64,000 nt of DNA from the NCBI GenBank assembly GCA_965240325.2, contig OZ251224.1:3100001-3164000 (forward strand), read 5' to 3'. Origin of the DNA: Rebecca billardiae RCC1528 (Eukaryota; Protista; Haptophyta). The notes below the pieces were generated by a model. The model was given only the letters and a program-made list of their open reading frames with translations. It was not told the origin of the DNA and ran no database searches. Shown in pieces: positions 32,581 through 43,615 of this stretch; the first letter of the stretch is position 1, and each line of letters begins with the position of its first letter. The position numbers and the translations under genes are program-made.

Positions 32581-35500
32581 ATGGCGGGAGAAGATGTGGC
32601 GGCGAGACCCGACTTGTGCGAGCTCCCGTTCGCGAGACTGGTGGCACTGCTGGCCGAGCTCGAGCGCGTAGGCGCGACCCGCGCGTCGCTTTCGGCGCGG
32701 CAGGCCACGTGCCGCGCCTTCTGGGCGAAGCTCACGCGCGAGTACAAGTTCACGCTCAGCGGCCTCCACGCGCTGCTCCGTCTAGCGCTCCCGCACTTTG
32801 AGCACGGGCGCGTGTACGGCGCGAAGGAGCAGACCCTCGCGCGATGGATCGTCACGTGGAATGGCTGGAGGCGCGATGCCCTCTCCGGCGCGAGTTCAAA
32901 TAGTGGAGCCCTTGAGGCGCGCGTGCGCGAGGTCGTGCGGCAGCGCCGAGCGGCCGGCTCCGTGTCGTCGCTGACCGTCGGCGGCGTGAACAGCTGCCTC
33001 GAGCAGCTCGGGGAGGGCAGGCCCGAGGCAGCGGTGTCCGGCCTCTTCTCGACGTCGCACGCCACGGGCGACGAGGCCTTCTGGCTCGTGCGCATCATCC
33101 TGAAGAAGGCGCTGCTGCACAGCGCGGTGGCGCGCGAGCTCGTGAACGCGCTGAGCCCGGGCGCGTGGGACGAGCGCTGCGTCGACCTGCGCGCGCTGTG
33201 CGAGAGGCTGTGCCGCCCGTCGGAGGAGGCGGTCACGCTCGGCGTGTTCCACCGCACGGCCCAGCCGCGCGCCGCGCGCGCGCCCGTCGATGCCTGGGCC
33301 AAGCTCTGGCGCACGGCCGGCTTTGACGGCAGCGCGCTCGTCGAGACGAAGGTGGACGGCTGGCGGCTGCAGCTGCACCTCGCGCCGAGCGCGGGCGCGG
33401 ATTGGGTGTCGCGCGTGTTCACGCACTCGGGCCGCGCGCGGTCCCAGCCGCTGGGCGAGCACGCGCGCTTCTTCGCCGACGTGCTCGCGCGCCTCCGCGC
33501 CGCGCTCGGCCCCGAGCCCCAGCCCGGCGGCGCGGTCCTGGATGGCGAGGTTCTCATCTTTGACGACGCGCGAGAACGCTTCGAGCCGTTCGGCGGCGTG
33601 GGCGCGCAGCCCAAGGGCACGCGGCACCACTGCCTCGTGCTCTTCGACGCGCTCATGCTCCGCGGCACGCCGCTCGTCGCCGAGCCGCTCTGGCGCCGCC
33701 GGCGCGAGCTCGAAGCCGCCATCTCGCCGCAGCGCGGTTGGGTCGAGCTCTCGCGCGCCGAGGTGGTGCGATGGGCGCAGCCCACGGCCGTAGCGCAGAG
33801 CGCGTCCGAGTCGACGCCGCCGCGGCGGCGCGCGGGCGCGGCGCGCACGCCGAGCGAGAGCGAGTCGCCCTCGTGCGCCGCCGCGCCGCCGCCGCCGCCC
33901 GAGTGCCCCATCCGCGCCGCGATGGCGCGCGCCATCGCGGCGAGCGAGGAGGGCCTCGTGGTGAAAGCGCTGTGCGCTCCCTATGCGCCCTCGCCCGCCG
34001 CGTGCGGCTGGCTCAAGCTGAAGAGCTGCTACATCCACGGCGTGCATGACGAGATGTCGCTGGTCGTGCTCGGGTACGAGCGCGGCAAGGACGAGCGCGG
34101 CGGCTGGCTCCTCGGCGCGCTGAGCGGCTCGGCGGGCGGCGGCGCGCTGCGCTTCGTGCGCGTGTGCCGCGCGTCGCTCGCGCTCGGCAGCGCGGAGGAC
34201 AGGCAGGCGCTGCTCGATCGCTTCCGAAGCCTCGAGAAGGTGCAGCCCGCGTCCGCGTCGGAGCTGCCCGCGTGGTGCGCCGGCGCGGGCGACGCCGCCG
34301 ACGCGGCCCGCGCGTGGGCGCGCGGCGACGTGCGCCTGCTGCGCCACGCGCGCGAAGGTATCGTCGTCGACCTGCTGGCCAGCGAGCTGCTGCCGGCGCG
34401 CGCGCCGCCCGGCGGGGGCGGCGGCAGGGTCGAGCACGCGTTTGGCGGCGACGCGGCGCTCGGCTTCTGCCTGCGCTTCCCGCGCATCGTGCGGCTGAAG
34501 CTCGCGCTCGAGCCTGGCGAGGCGCACACGTGCGCCCAGCTGAACGAGCTCTTCTTCGCCGAGCGAGAACGGCAGGACCGCGCGTGCGCCGTGCGCGCCG
34601 GTGATCTCGACGCGCGATCGAGCGGTGCGCTCGGCGACGAGCGCGAGCTGAGGGCGCGGCTGGCGGAGGCAGACCGGGCGCTTGCGGCGAGTCTGAACCT
34701 GCGCATGTACGCGACGAGCGTGGCGCCGCCGCTGCTGCCCTCGCCACACGCCCCGGCCGAGTCATCGCCATCGGCGGGCGCGGGGCAGGACTCTCACGCC
34801 AACGCGGCGCACGGCACTCGCCCTGCGGCGGAGCACGCGCGGCAGGCGGACGCGCGGCGCTCGGCGGGGCGCGCGGAGCGCAAGCGCGCGCGGGACGAGG
34901 TCGGCGGCGGCGAGCCGGCGCACGACCTCTCGGCGCGCGACGCTGGCCAGCCCGCGCCCAACTGCCACCCGCTGCACAGCTGGGGCTTGCCGCCGACCGA
35001 GGAGTTGCAGAGGGGTCGGTGGCTTGCCGGTGTCGGCCGTTGGTTTGCGCACGCGGGCGCAGAGGACGCGCTGCTCGCGCGGCGCTGGGCGGAGTGCTTC
35101 GTGCTGCTCGACCGGCGCACGCTCACAAAGGGCACCCGCCAACGGCTGGGCGAGGCGCTGGCAAGGCTCGGCGCGGCCCACACCGAGCTCGACCTCGTCC
35201 AGCTGCGCGCCGCGCAGCCGGTCCGGATGCCCACGCACGTCCTCACCGCGTGGCACGCGCACCCGGAGCGGCGCGAGTGCCTGTGGAAGCAGGCGCAGGA
35301 GACCGTGTGGATGGCGCACGGCTGGGCCTTGCCGGACACCGACGCGCGCGTCGCCGTGCGCGTTCGGCTGTCGGGCGCGCCGGCGCGTCTCCGCCAGTGC
35401 CTCTGGTTCGACCGGGCCGTGCTCGATCCGTTTCCCGCCGTGCTGCGCCAGCTGACCGATGCGGGCAATGCCACCAGTGACTTGGGCGCGGACGACGGCG

Positions 35501-35694
35501 GCATGGCTTCGGAGGCGGCCTGGCGGCAGCACTGCGCCCGACAGTACGTCTTCTCATTCGCGCAGCTTGGTGAAGCGTACATGCCGCCGACGCCAAGGCC
35601 GAGGCTGATGAAGGCCGGCACTGGTAACTACGAGGACTCCGTCGCACGTGCCGCTGGTCAATCAGCAGCTGACGACGATCACGATGACGATTGA
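32581..35694 (+). CDS. ATP-dependent DNA ligase, divergent, most like DNA ligase IV; intronless
   Basis: Ligase motifs I ETKVDGWRLQLH, III VLDGEVL, IIIa LVLFDAL, IV EEGLVVK, V WLKLK and VI LRFPR. N-terminal DNA-binding-domain-like RVYGAKEQTLAR and WLVRIILK. The start could also be 32497 or 32509. Confidence 0.88.
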   Translation: MAGEDVAARPDLCELPFARLVALLAELERVGATRASLSARQATCRAFWAKLTREYKFTLSGLHALLRLALPHFEHGRVYGAKEQTLARWIVTWNGWRRDALSGASSNSGALEARVREVVRQRRAAGSVSSLTVGGVNSCLEQLGEGRPEAAVSGLFSTSHATGDEAFWLVRIILKKALLHSAVARELVNALSPGAWDERCVDLRALCERLCRPSEEAVTLGVFHRTAQPRAARAPVDAWAKLWRTAGFDGSALVETKVDGWRLQLHLAPSAGADWVSRVFTHSGRARSQPLGEHARFFADVLARLRAALGPEPQPGGAVLDGEVLIFDDARERFEPFGGVGAQPKGTRHHCLVLFDALMLRGTPLVAEPLWRRRRELEAAISPQRGWVELSRAEVVRWAQPTAVAQSASESTPPRRRAGAARTPSESESPSCAAAPPPPPECPIRAAMARAIAASEEGLVVKALCAPYAPSPAACGWLKLKSCYIHGVHDEMSLVVLGYERGKDERGGWLLGALSGSAGGGALRFVRVCRASLALGSAEDRQALLDRFRSLEKVQPASASELPAWCAGAGDAADAARAWARGDVRLLRHAREGIVVDLLASELLPARAPPGGGGGRVEHAFGGDAALGFCLRFPRIVRLKLALEPGEAHTCAQLNELFFAERERQDRACAVRAGDLDARSSGALGDERELRARLAEADRALAASLNLRMYATSVAPPLLPSPHAPAESSPSAGAGQDSHANAAHGTRPAAEHARQADARRSAGRAERKRARDEVGGGEPAHDLSARDAGQPAPNCHPLHSWGLPPTEELQRGRWLAGVGRWFAHAGAEDALLARRWAECFVLLDRRTLTKGTRQRLGEALARLGAAHTELDLVQLRAAQPVRMPTHVLTAWHAHPERRECLWKQAQETVWMAHGWALPDTDARVAVRVRLSGAPARLRQCLWFDRAVLDPFPAVLRQLTDAGNATSDLGADDGGMASEAAWRQHCARQYVFSFAQLGEAYMPPTPRPRLMKAGTGNYEDSVARAAGQSAADDDHDDD

Positions 35695-35968
35695 CCACGA
35701 CGACAGGTACGAAGCAGCAGCCTACCCGCCCGCCCGGCCGGTGCTGGTGCCAATATCACGGATGAGCCTCATTAAGCTTCAATGCTGCCTGATTAGAAGC
35801 CCTGCATGATGAGTAGCAGGGCTCCGTCGACGACACAGCGCGGCTACGACTCGTCGGAGTACAGTCAAGTCGTCGCGGCAGCATGAGCAGCCACCATGTG
35901 ACCCATGTCCATGACCAGCGCGCCATCACAGCCTGCGCGTTCTGAAGTAGCCTGCACCTGCTCAGATG

Positions 35969-36805
35969 CTATGTCGTGCTGCTGGAGGGCGGCAGATTCG
36001 CTGCAGTCACAGCCCCGTCTGCAAGCCTCGCCTCCCCGCGTGACCCACGCGTCTCCGCCGCTCGCGGCTGCGAGCTGTACCAGTCAAGCTGCACCTGATT
36101 GCTCTCGACCACGACTGCATTGCAGTACGCGTTGAGGCACACGAAGAAGAGCGCAGAGGTGCCAGCGATGACGGCGGCGGCGAGGGTCAGCGGCGTGAGC
36201 GTGTACACGAGTAGCACGTTGCGCACGGCGGCGGCAACGGTACAGATCAGCCCGAGTAACGTGAAGAACTGCGCAACGCCGATCGGAAGCCCCAGCTCCT
36301 GAATGCCGTGGACGATCGCCCTGTTACCAGCGAGCTTGGAGACTGAGTCGAGCAGCACGACGTAGAGAAAGAGTCCGAGCGCGAGGAACGCGCTCGAGAG
36401 CAGGGTGAAAAAGGAGAGCAGGGAGTCATCAGCCGGCGGGTTGAAGACGATGGGAAGCACGATCGTGAGAAGCAGTGCAGTCACGAGCGCCTGGTTGGTG
36501 AAGTAGGTGTTCACCTGCTCGCGGAGGGCTCGCCCGCCCATCGCGAAGCTCAGGTGCATCTGAAGAGCCTGCGGCGCGGAGGGGCGTGGGAAGCCTGCCG
36601 CGGTGAGGCATATGCCCAACGGGCTCAGTGTGCCACCGCGGCGTGCGCCTTGGGGCTCGCAGCGCGCCAACGCAGCGCGCGCCTTCAGGCTGAGATAATG
36701 CACGTTGGTATCGGGCGCTGGGTTGAGGTTGGGATCGTAGAACTCGTCCGGGTCGACGTCGAGGCGCCGAGACCTCGCGATGGAGGAGCTGCGACGGAGG
36801 ACCAT
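35969..36805 (-). CDS. Uncharacterised 4-TM membrane protein with one in-frame GC-AG intron (36569-36682)
   Basis: Four hydrophobic segments beginning NQALVTALLLTIVLPIVF. The intron reads aag|gcgcgc...gccgcag|gct. Confidence 0.72.
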   Translation of the reverse strand: MVLRRSSSIARSRRLDVDPDEFYDPNLNPAPDTNVHYLSLKARAALARCEPQGARRGGTLSPLGICLTAAGFPRPSAPQALQMHLSFAMGGRALREQVNTYFTNQALVTALLLTIVLPIVFNPPADDSLLSFFTLLSSAFLALGLFLYVVLLDSVSKLAGNRAIVHGIQELGLPIGVAQFFTLLGLICTVAAAVRNVLLVYTLTPLTLAAAVIAGTSALFFVCLNAYCNAVVVESNQVQLDWYSSQPRAAETRGSRGEARLADGAVTAANLPPSSSTT

Positions 36806-37696
36806 GCTCCTGGTGAATTGTGTGACCGTTTGCACGACCGTTCCTCGTCACGCCGCCATGCTTTGACGGCCGGTCGCCCGAGGACAGGGAGCGCTGCCCC
36901 ACGAGCAATCGGCGCGGCAAACAGCCCAGGGACCGGCCAGACGACTGCCCTGAGGACCATGGCACAGGTGCTGGTGATGGGCCGCGGCGGTTGCCGGACA
37001 GCTCTGCACTGCCTCCGCCCAGCCCCGCTGCAGGCACCGGCAAGCGCCCTATGCACAGGGCCTGCACAGGCAGCCCCCAGTCACCGGTGGCACTCGCCCC
37101 CCCGCTTGGACACACCCCGGGGTGTAGCCAGGGAGGTGCCAGCAGTAGCGCCGGCGCTCAAGCACCACCCGTCGCGCCGCGTGGCGACCCCCCCGCGGTG
37201 GGGCGTGGCCCGCCGGCCAAAAGGAGCCGCCCGGATTCCGATACCCTGCAGCAGCCTCTCTGGCCTGGCGCCCCCGCTCCTGACCAGCCCAGAGCCCCGA
37301 CGCCTGCGGTGCCTGAGGCCCCGCCACTACGCAAGTCTGCCAGGCTGTGCCAGCGCCGCACGCGCGGCTCAGGCATGACTGCAGCTCCACACCAGCAAAA
37401 TGACGCTTCGCGCGCACCCGGCGCGCCGACACAGCCTGCCCGGGAGAAGCCCGCCGGGGCTGACCTTGGGCAACAGCCATACATGCAGGCCAGCATGCGC
37501 GGCGGGGTGGCATCAGTGCCGACCCCGGCCCGCAAACGCAAACAGCCGGACGCCCCGGCCCACGCAGCTGATGCGCCAGCAAACCCTGCTCCGGGCAACA
37601 GAACCCTGCCGCCGGCTTTGAGGCCGACACGCCACACTGGGGCACATATCACCTGAGGGCCAGGCCTTCTGTGTGATAAGCTACCCCAGTCATGCC

Positions 37697-38016
37697 GCTT
37701 GATACACGCCTTCCCCAACCGACAGTGGGGCTCTACATTCCCTACTACATCCTCATCCTGTCGGCGCGCTGTCGCATCGGCGCCCAGTCGGCGAGTTCGG
37801 ACGACGACGTTTTGTGGACGACGGTGGGGCGAGGACGACGGGCGCTGGCGCGCCGCGAGGCGGCCGCAGCCCTCGTCCAGGCCTCGCAGGCGGACGGCTG
37901 AACGATTTTTTCCGGCGGCGCTACCATCGGCGACGGCTTCATGGGCGGTGACAGTTGGCGGGCGTCAATCTCGCCTGCCTGAGCTGTGTGCGTCTCTTAT
38001 TCTTAGTAAACTGTTG
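37697..38016 (-). mobile_element. Non-autonomous DNA transposon fragment (Tc1/mariner-like end next to TA); second copy at 55494-55840
   Basis: About 320 bp closely similar to the reverse complement of 55494-55840. It ends gctgtgtgcgtctcttattcttagtaaactgttg|TA. Confidence 0.75.
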
Positions 38017-38026
38017 TACAGAGTCA

Positions 38027-39547
38027 ATGGCGACAACGGCGACCAGCCCTGCGCGGTGTCACGCGTTGGCGGCCATCGCATGTGCGTTCGTCCTTGGCGC
38101 CGGCTCGCTAGGATTCCCCTACGGCTGGATTGTAGTCTATCCCGTCATCCTTGCGGAGGTACGCGCCGCTGCCGGCAACACGCACGGCCACGAGGCAGCG
38201 GTCTCGGGTGCGTACGCGGTCCACCTGTGCTTCCATGGCGTGGCCGGGTTTGCCCTGGCTCCATTCATGTCGAGGTACGGCGCGGTGCCTACCATGACGC
38301 TGGGCGTCCTTCTGGTGTGCGCGGGCTTCTTCTGGATGGGGCTGTCCACATCGGTCGTCGAGCTATACGTGTCCTTTGGTGTGCTGGCCGGCTCAGGCGT
38401 GTGCGCGGTGGTCTCGAGCCTCTACACGCTGCCGCAGGAGCTGCCGGCCGTGGGCGCCTTCCGTGGGCTTGCCACGGGGATCGTGACGATGGGCACCCCG
38501 GCCGGCCAGGGCATCGCAACTCTGGTGTACGCCCGAGCGCTGGCCTCCGGCGTGCCTTGGCGCACACCAGTGCTGTGGACGGCGGCTGCCACACTTGTTC
38601 TCGGTCTGCTGACGGTGCCGTGCCTGGCGCACCTGGTTCCGCACACGCTCAAGCGCTCTCGCCTGCTCGCCGACCTCAGCATGGCGCAAGGCTGGTGCGC
38701 GAGACCCGCCGCCGATCTTGGCGGTGCCGCCCCCGCATCAGCCGACGACCGCGGCCTGTCAGCGCTGGTCGGCGGCGCGGTCAGCAATCACGGCGGTGGC
38801 CACCAGCGGGCCCCGCGTGTGCTCGACCTCCTGCGCTCGAGGACCGGCGTGAGGATGGCCGTCGGCTTCACGCTGGCCTCGTCGTGCTACTTCAGCACGC
38901 TGAACTTCTTCTTCAGCCAGGCTCAGACCTACGGCCTCGGCTCGAGCGCCTCCTTCATGTCGGCCCTCTCCCTAACACTCGCGCTGACCAACGTGCTCGG
39001 CCGCTCGCTCGTGTCGCACCTGCTGGTCGACCGGTGCAAGCTGCGGCCGCAGGTGGCGCTTGGTTGCAGCATGGCGCTGCTGGGGCTCGGGATGAGCGTG
39101 CTGCCGGGTGTGGCCGGGCGCGTGCTGCCCCGCACCTCCATGCTCGCGTTCGCGACCGTATTCGGGCTGCTTGGTGGGCCATACATGGCCCTGTACCCGC
39201 TGACAGTGAGTGAGGTCTTTGGGAAGGAGAATGCGTCTGTGAAGTTCATGCAGCTGAGCGCGGTGGAGGCCCCAGGCATGCTCCTCGCGCCGACGCTCTT
39301 CGCAGCGCTGGCAGACGCGTGCGAGGGTGAGTACTGGCCTGCGTGGCTGCTCCTGGGAGCCACCCAGCTGCTGGTGCTCGCGCTGATATCGCCGCTTCCG
39401 TCGGCCAATGAGCCGCATCATCATCCCTCCAGCGCGGCGCAGGCGCAGGGTTCGCAGGCGCGAGCGGACGAAGACCGCCCGTGGCCGGAGGAGCCGGCGG
39501 AGAAGGCTGGCCGGCAGCACCCGTTGCCGACAGATAACCTTCACTAA
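38027..39547 (+). CDS. MFS transporter, monocarboxylate (MCT/OFA)-like
   Basis: About 12 TMs, with LYVSFGVLAGSG, RGLATGIVTMGTPAG, NVLGR and VSEVFGKEN. The ATG at 38027 lies just after the transposon end. Confidence 0.85.
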   Translation: MATTATSPARCHALAAIACAFVLGAGSLGFPYGWIVVYPVILAEVRAAAGNTHGHEAAVSGAYAVHLCFHGVAGFALAPFMSRYGAVPTMTLGVLLVCAGFFWMGLSTSVVELYVSFGVLAGSGVCAVVSSLYTLPQELPAVGAFRGLATGIVTMGTPAGQGIATLVYARALASGVPWRTPVLWTAAATLVLGLLTVPCLAHLVPHTLKRSRLLADLSMAQGWCARPAADLGGAAPASADDRGLSALVGGAVSNHGGGHQRAPRVLDLLRSRTGVRMAVGFTLASSCYFSTLNFFFSQAQTYGLGSSASFMSALSLTLALTNVLGRSLVSHLLVDRCKLRPQVALGCSMALLGLGMSVLPGVAGRVLPRTSMLAFATVFGLLGGPYMALYPLTVSEVFGKENASVKFMQLSAVEAPGMLLAPTLFAALADACEGEYWPAWLLLGATQLLVLALISPLPSANEPHHHPSSAAQAQGSQARADEDRPWPEEPAEKAGRQHPLPTDNLH

Positions 39548-39728
39548 TCACTTTGACTTGGCCTCGCAGACCGCGTCACGAGGCAATACTACAGTCTACT
39601 ACACGCAGTTAGTACATAGTACTTAGCAGCTGACGAGACCGCCGCCTATATTTGGTATAGTATCATCGTAGTAGCAGTAGCAGCTGCTAAGACTCGATCT
39701 GTTGCCGGCGCGGCAGCCGGCTGCCGGG

Positions 39729-42700
39729 CTAGTCCCTGCGGCTACTCCTAGTGGCCGGCGGCGAGGAGGCATCAGCCGCGCCCAACATCATCGCGCCGTA
39801 GTTGGGCACCTGCGCACGCCTGCGCGCGAGCTCCGCGCGCTTGCGCGCCGTCTCCCTCGCGCGTGCGTCGAGCTGCGAGCTCGTCTCGCGCTCGCTCATC
39901 GTGCGCGCCGCCGAGCCCGGCCGCGCGCCGCGCGCCGTCGGCGCACCGTCGAGGGCAAGCCTCGTCTCGGCGAGCCGGGCGCGCCCTGCGGCGGCGCTGT
40001 CGGCGCTCGTGCGCGCGGAGGCGCTCGAGTGGAGGCTCGCGCGCAGCGCGGCGTCGAGGCCGCTCGCCGCCCGCCCCACGCCGCCCGCCCACCCGCCGCC
40101 GTGCCCGTCGCCGAGCGGTGTCGCCGTCAGAACACCCACGGCGCTCGGGACGTGCTCGGCGGCCTCGCGCCAGCCGGCCAGCTCGGCCTGCAGCCTGCCG
40201 TTCTGCGCGCTGAGCGCCTCCATCGCCGCCTCGAGCGCGTCGATGCGCGTGGCGGGCGGCAGCGCGGCCGTTGCCTCCTCGCCCCGCTCCCGCCCGGCCT
40301 CCCGGCCCGGCCCGCCGCCAGCCCTCTGCGCGTCCGCCGCGCGCGCCCGCGCGCCCTCGGCCCCCGCCGTCGCCTCAGCATCGCGCAGCGCATTCAAATC
40401 CGCTCGGAGCATATTCGAGATCTCCATCAGCTTGTCGCGCTCGGCGGTGAGCCGCTGCGCGTGCGCGCGCGCGGCCTCGAGCTGTGCGCGCAGCGCAGTC
40501 ACCTGCGCGCGCGACCATCCGTGCGGCGCGCGGGTGCGACGAGGTCGCCGGTCAATCGGCCGTCGATGCCGTGCTCGCGCGCACCGGCCGCGCCGCGGGG
40601 GGCCGCGAGCACACAGCGCCGCGCGCGGGCGCGCTTCACAGCACCTCCTGCGCCGAGCCGTGGCCTGCCTGCGCGCGGAGCTCGGATAGCTCCACCTCGG
40701 CTGCCGCGAGCTGGAGGGCGGCGGGCACACGCGGCCAGCACGCACGGCGGGGTGGGGTCGCGAGCGCGCACGCGTCATGCACTCTCACGAGTTGGCGCGC
40801 GCCGCCGCGCGGCGGCGGCAGGTGCTGCCTCGCGCGCACCCGTCGGCTGGCGTCGTCTGAGGCGGTGGTCGCCGCGGCGTGCGCCGCCTCTGCCGCGCGC
40901 GCGGCGGAGCGCGCGCGCTCCAGCTGCGCGCCCTGCTCGTCCAGCCTCGCGCGCAGCCCGCGCGCCTCCGACTCCGCCTGCTCGCGCTCGGCGCGCGCCG
41001 AGCGCGCGGCCGCGTCCGCGCGCGCCGCGTCCGCGCGCGCTTCCATCAGCTCGGCCTCGCGCTCGCCGAGTGCGCGGCGGAGCGTGGGCGTCTCGAGCGC
41101 GGCGGTGGCCGCGGCGTCGCCATCGCGCGCGGAGAGCAGCGCGCGCAGCCGGTCGCGCTGCGCGCGCAGCTCCGCGAGCTCCGCGCCGCCCTCGCCCGCC
41201 TCCGAGCGGCGCGGCGCGGCGGCGGCCGCAGCCTCCATCTCCCCACGCATCGAGGCGACTGCCGCGCCGAGGGATCGGTTGAGGGCGTGCGCGCGCGAGA
41301 GCTCCTCGCGCAGGGCGGAGGCCTCAGCCTCGGCGGCGGCGCCGGGCGGGATCGGCGTGGGCGGCGCGGCGGGCGGCGGCGTGCTCGGCGAGCCGAGCTC
41401 GTCCGAGCGCCCGTGCCGACATGTGCCGCCGCTGCCGAGCGCGCCGCGCGGCGAGCCAGGTGTCCCCGCCGCCGCCATCGCCGCGCGCACGGCGGCGGTC
41501 GCGAGCGGCGAGGAGTGGAAGGAGGGGAGCGATGGCGGCGACGGGAGTGACTCGGAGAGCTGGTCGTCCGGCGCGAGCGCGATCAGCCGCCGCCGGCTCG
41601 GCCCGGCGCTGCCGCCGGCCGCGCGCTCCGCCGACGCCTCCGCCGCCGCCGCCCGCTGGAGAGTTGCCTCGGCGCGCGCGGCGCGCGCGCGCGCACTCTC
41701 CGCCCCGCGCTCGGCGGCGGTGGCGGCGGCGAGCGCGGCGGCGAGCGCGGCGGCAGTGTCGGCGTGCGCCTCGTCCGCGTCCTGCGCGACGCCGAGCACC
41801 GCCGCGAGCTGCGCGCGCGCCGCAGCCGCGTCCGCCACCGCGGCCGCCGCCACGTCCGCACTCGCCGTGGCCTTTGCCTGCGCCGCCGCGTCCGCGGCGC
41901 GGGCGCTCTCGGCCGCAGCTCGCTCCGCCGCGCCGAGCCGCGCCTCGAGCTCGGCGGCGCGCGCGGTGGCGGCGGCCGAGGACTCGTCGGCTGATCTCGC
42001 CGCCTCCCTCGCCGCGCGCGCCGCCTCGGCCTGCGCGCGCGCCTCCGCGCGCTGCGCCTCCGCCTCCGCCCGAGCGCCGTCCGCCGCGGCGCGCGCCGCA
42101 CGCGTCTGCGCATCTCTGTCGCGCGCGGCGTCCGCGGCCGCGCCCTCGCTCGCGCGCAGCTCGTCGCGGAGGCACGCGAGCGTGGCGGCGAGCTCGGCGC
42201 GCAGCGAGTCGGCGGCGGCCTCCGCGCGCGCGCTCCGCTCGCGCTCGCCGCGCACCGCCGCCTCGTGCTCCGCCGCAAGCCGCGAGCGTTCTGTCTCGCG
42301 AGCGTCCGCGGCGGCGCGCTCGGCGGCGGCGAGCGCCGCAGAGGCCTCGGCGGCGCGCGCGTGCGCGTCGGCGTCGGCGGCGGCGAGCGCGGCGCGGGCG
42401 GCATCGGCGGCGGCGCGCGCGTCGTCGAGCTGCGCGCGCGTCTCCGCCAGCGCCTCGCGCACCGAGCCCGCGGCGCGCTCGGCGCGCGCCGCCGCGTCGC
42501 GCGCCTCCGCCTCCCTCGCCTCCCACGCGCTTTCGCGCTCAGTCGCCGCGTCGTCGTATGCCGCGGCCATCTCGGCGCGCTGGCGCTCGAGCTCGTCGGC
42601 GGCGTCGCGCGCGCGGCGCTCGAGCGCCCTGCGGTGCGCGTCGAACTCCGCGCGCTGCTCGCGCAGCGCCTCGTCCTTCGCCCACCGCGCCGCCTCCGCC

Positions 42701-43329
42701 TCCTCGCGCGTGCTCAGCAGCTTCGCCTGGTAGTATCCCTCCAACTCGAGCGCCTTTGCGCGCTCCGAGTCGACGGCGGCGCGGAGCTCCTCGAGCGCGA
42801 TGCGCTGCTCGGACGCCTCGGCCTCGCGCTCGTCCAGCAGCCGCTTCAGCCGCGCGAACGACGCGTCGTACGACGCGAGCTCCGAGTCGCGCTCGTCGAG
42901 CACGCGCAAGTTGTACGCAAAGTCCTCCTTCAGCCGGCCGATCTGCTGGATGTACGCGGTGTGCTCGGCCTCGCGCGCGGCGGAGGCCTCCTCGAGGACA
43001 ACGGCAGCGCGCAGCTCGGACACCTCGTGCAGCTCGCGCTCCTTCTGCAGCATCAGCTCGCGCAGCTCCTGCGCCGACGGCGGCGTGCTCAGCGTCAGGC
43101 CCGACGCATCCCGCGCGCCCGCGCCCGGCGGCGGCTTGGCCGCGGTGCGCGCAGACAAGGGCGACGGCGGAGACTCGTGCGCAGAGGCGTCGGCTCGCCC
43201 GGGCGCTGGCGAGCTCGCCGCCTGCAGCCCCGGCTCGTCGCGCTCCGGAGGCGCGCGAGGCGGGCTGACGAGCTCAGACATGCGTGCCCCGTATCGCTTG
43301 TTCAAATTTGCGCCGGCCGCCGCCGCCAT
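39729..43329 (-). CDS. CCDC57: Coiled-coil domain protein 57 (centrosomal) homolog; introns 40711-40839 and 40503-40644
   Basis: N-terminal LMLQKERE...LKEDFAYNLRVLDERDSELASYD, later LMEISNMLRADL and C-terminal VPNY match the recalled CCDC57 signature blocks. An alternative ATG lies at 43281. Confidence 0.8.
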
Positions 43330-43615
43330 GCTGACAACACGGTACTATGTGTCCGGACTCCGCGCGTCGCACGCCGACGAGAGACCGTTGGCCGAGCCCG
43401 GCTCGGGACTCGGCAGTCGAGCAGCGCGAGACGCCGGCGGCGCCCCCGCAGTCCTGTGGGGTTTGGGCCCGCGCGTCCACGCGCTCACGTCCCCACGCGT
43501 GGGTGTCCGCCGACCTCCCGCGCAGGGTGAGCGCCATCGCCTTCGGCACGCGCTGCCGCGCGCGCCGCCGCACCTCTCACCCCGCCGTCCACGCGCGCGC
43601 CTGCGCGCAGGAAAG

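Noticed and set aside
42800-43615. N-terminal extension of TLK suggested by ORF 42800..45067
   Set aside because: It overlaps the antisense CCDC57 coding region and a probable upstream intron, so ATG 43616 is the more plausible start.
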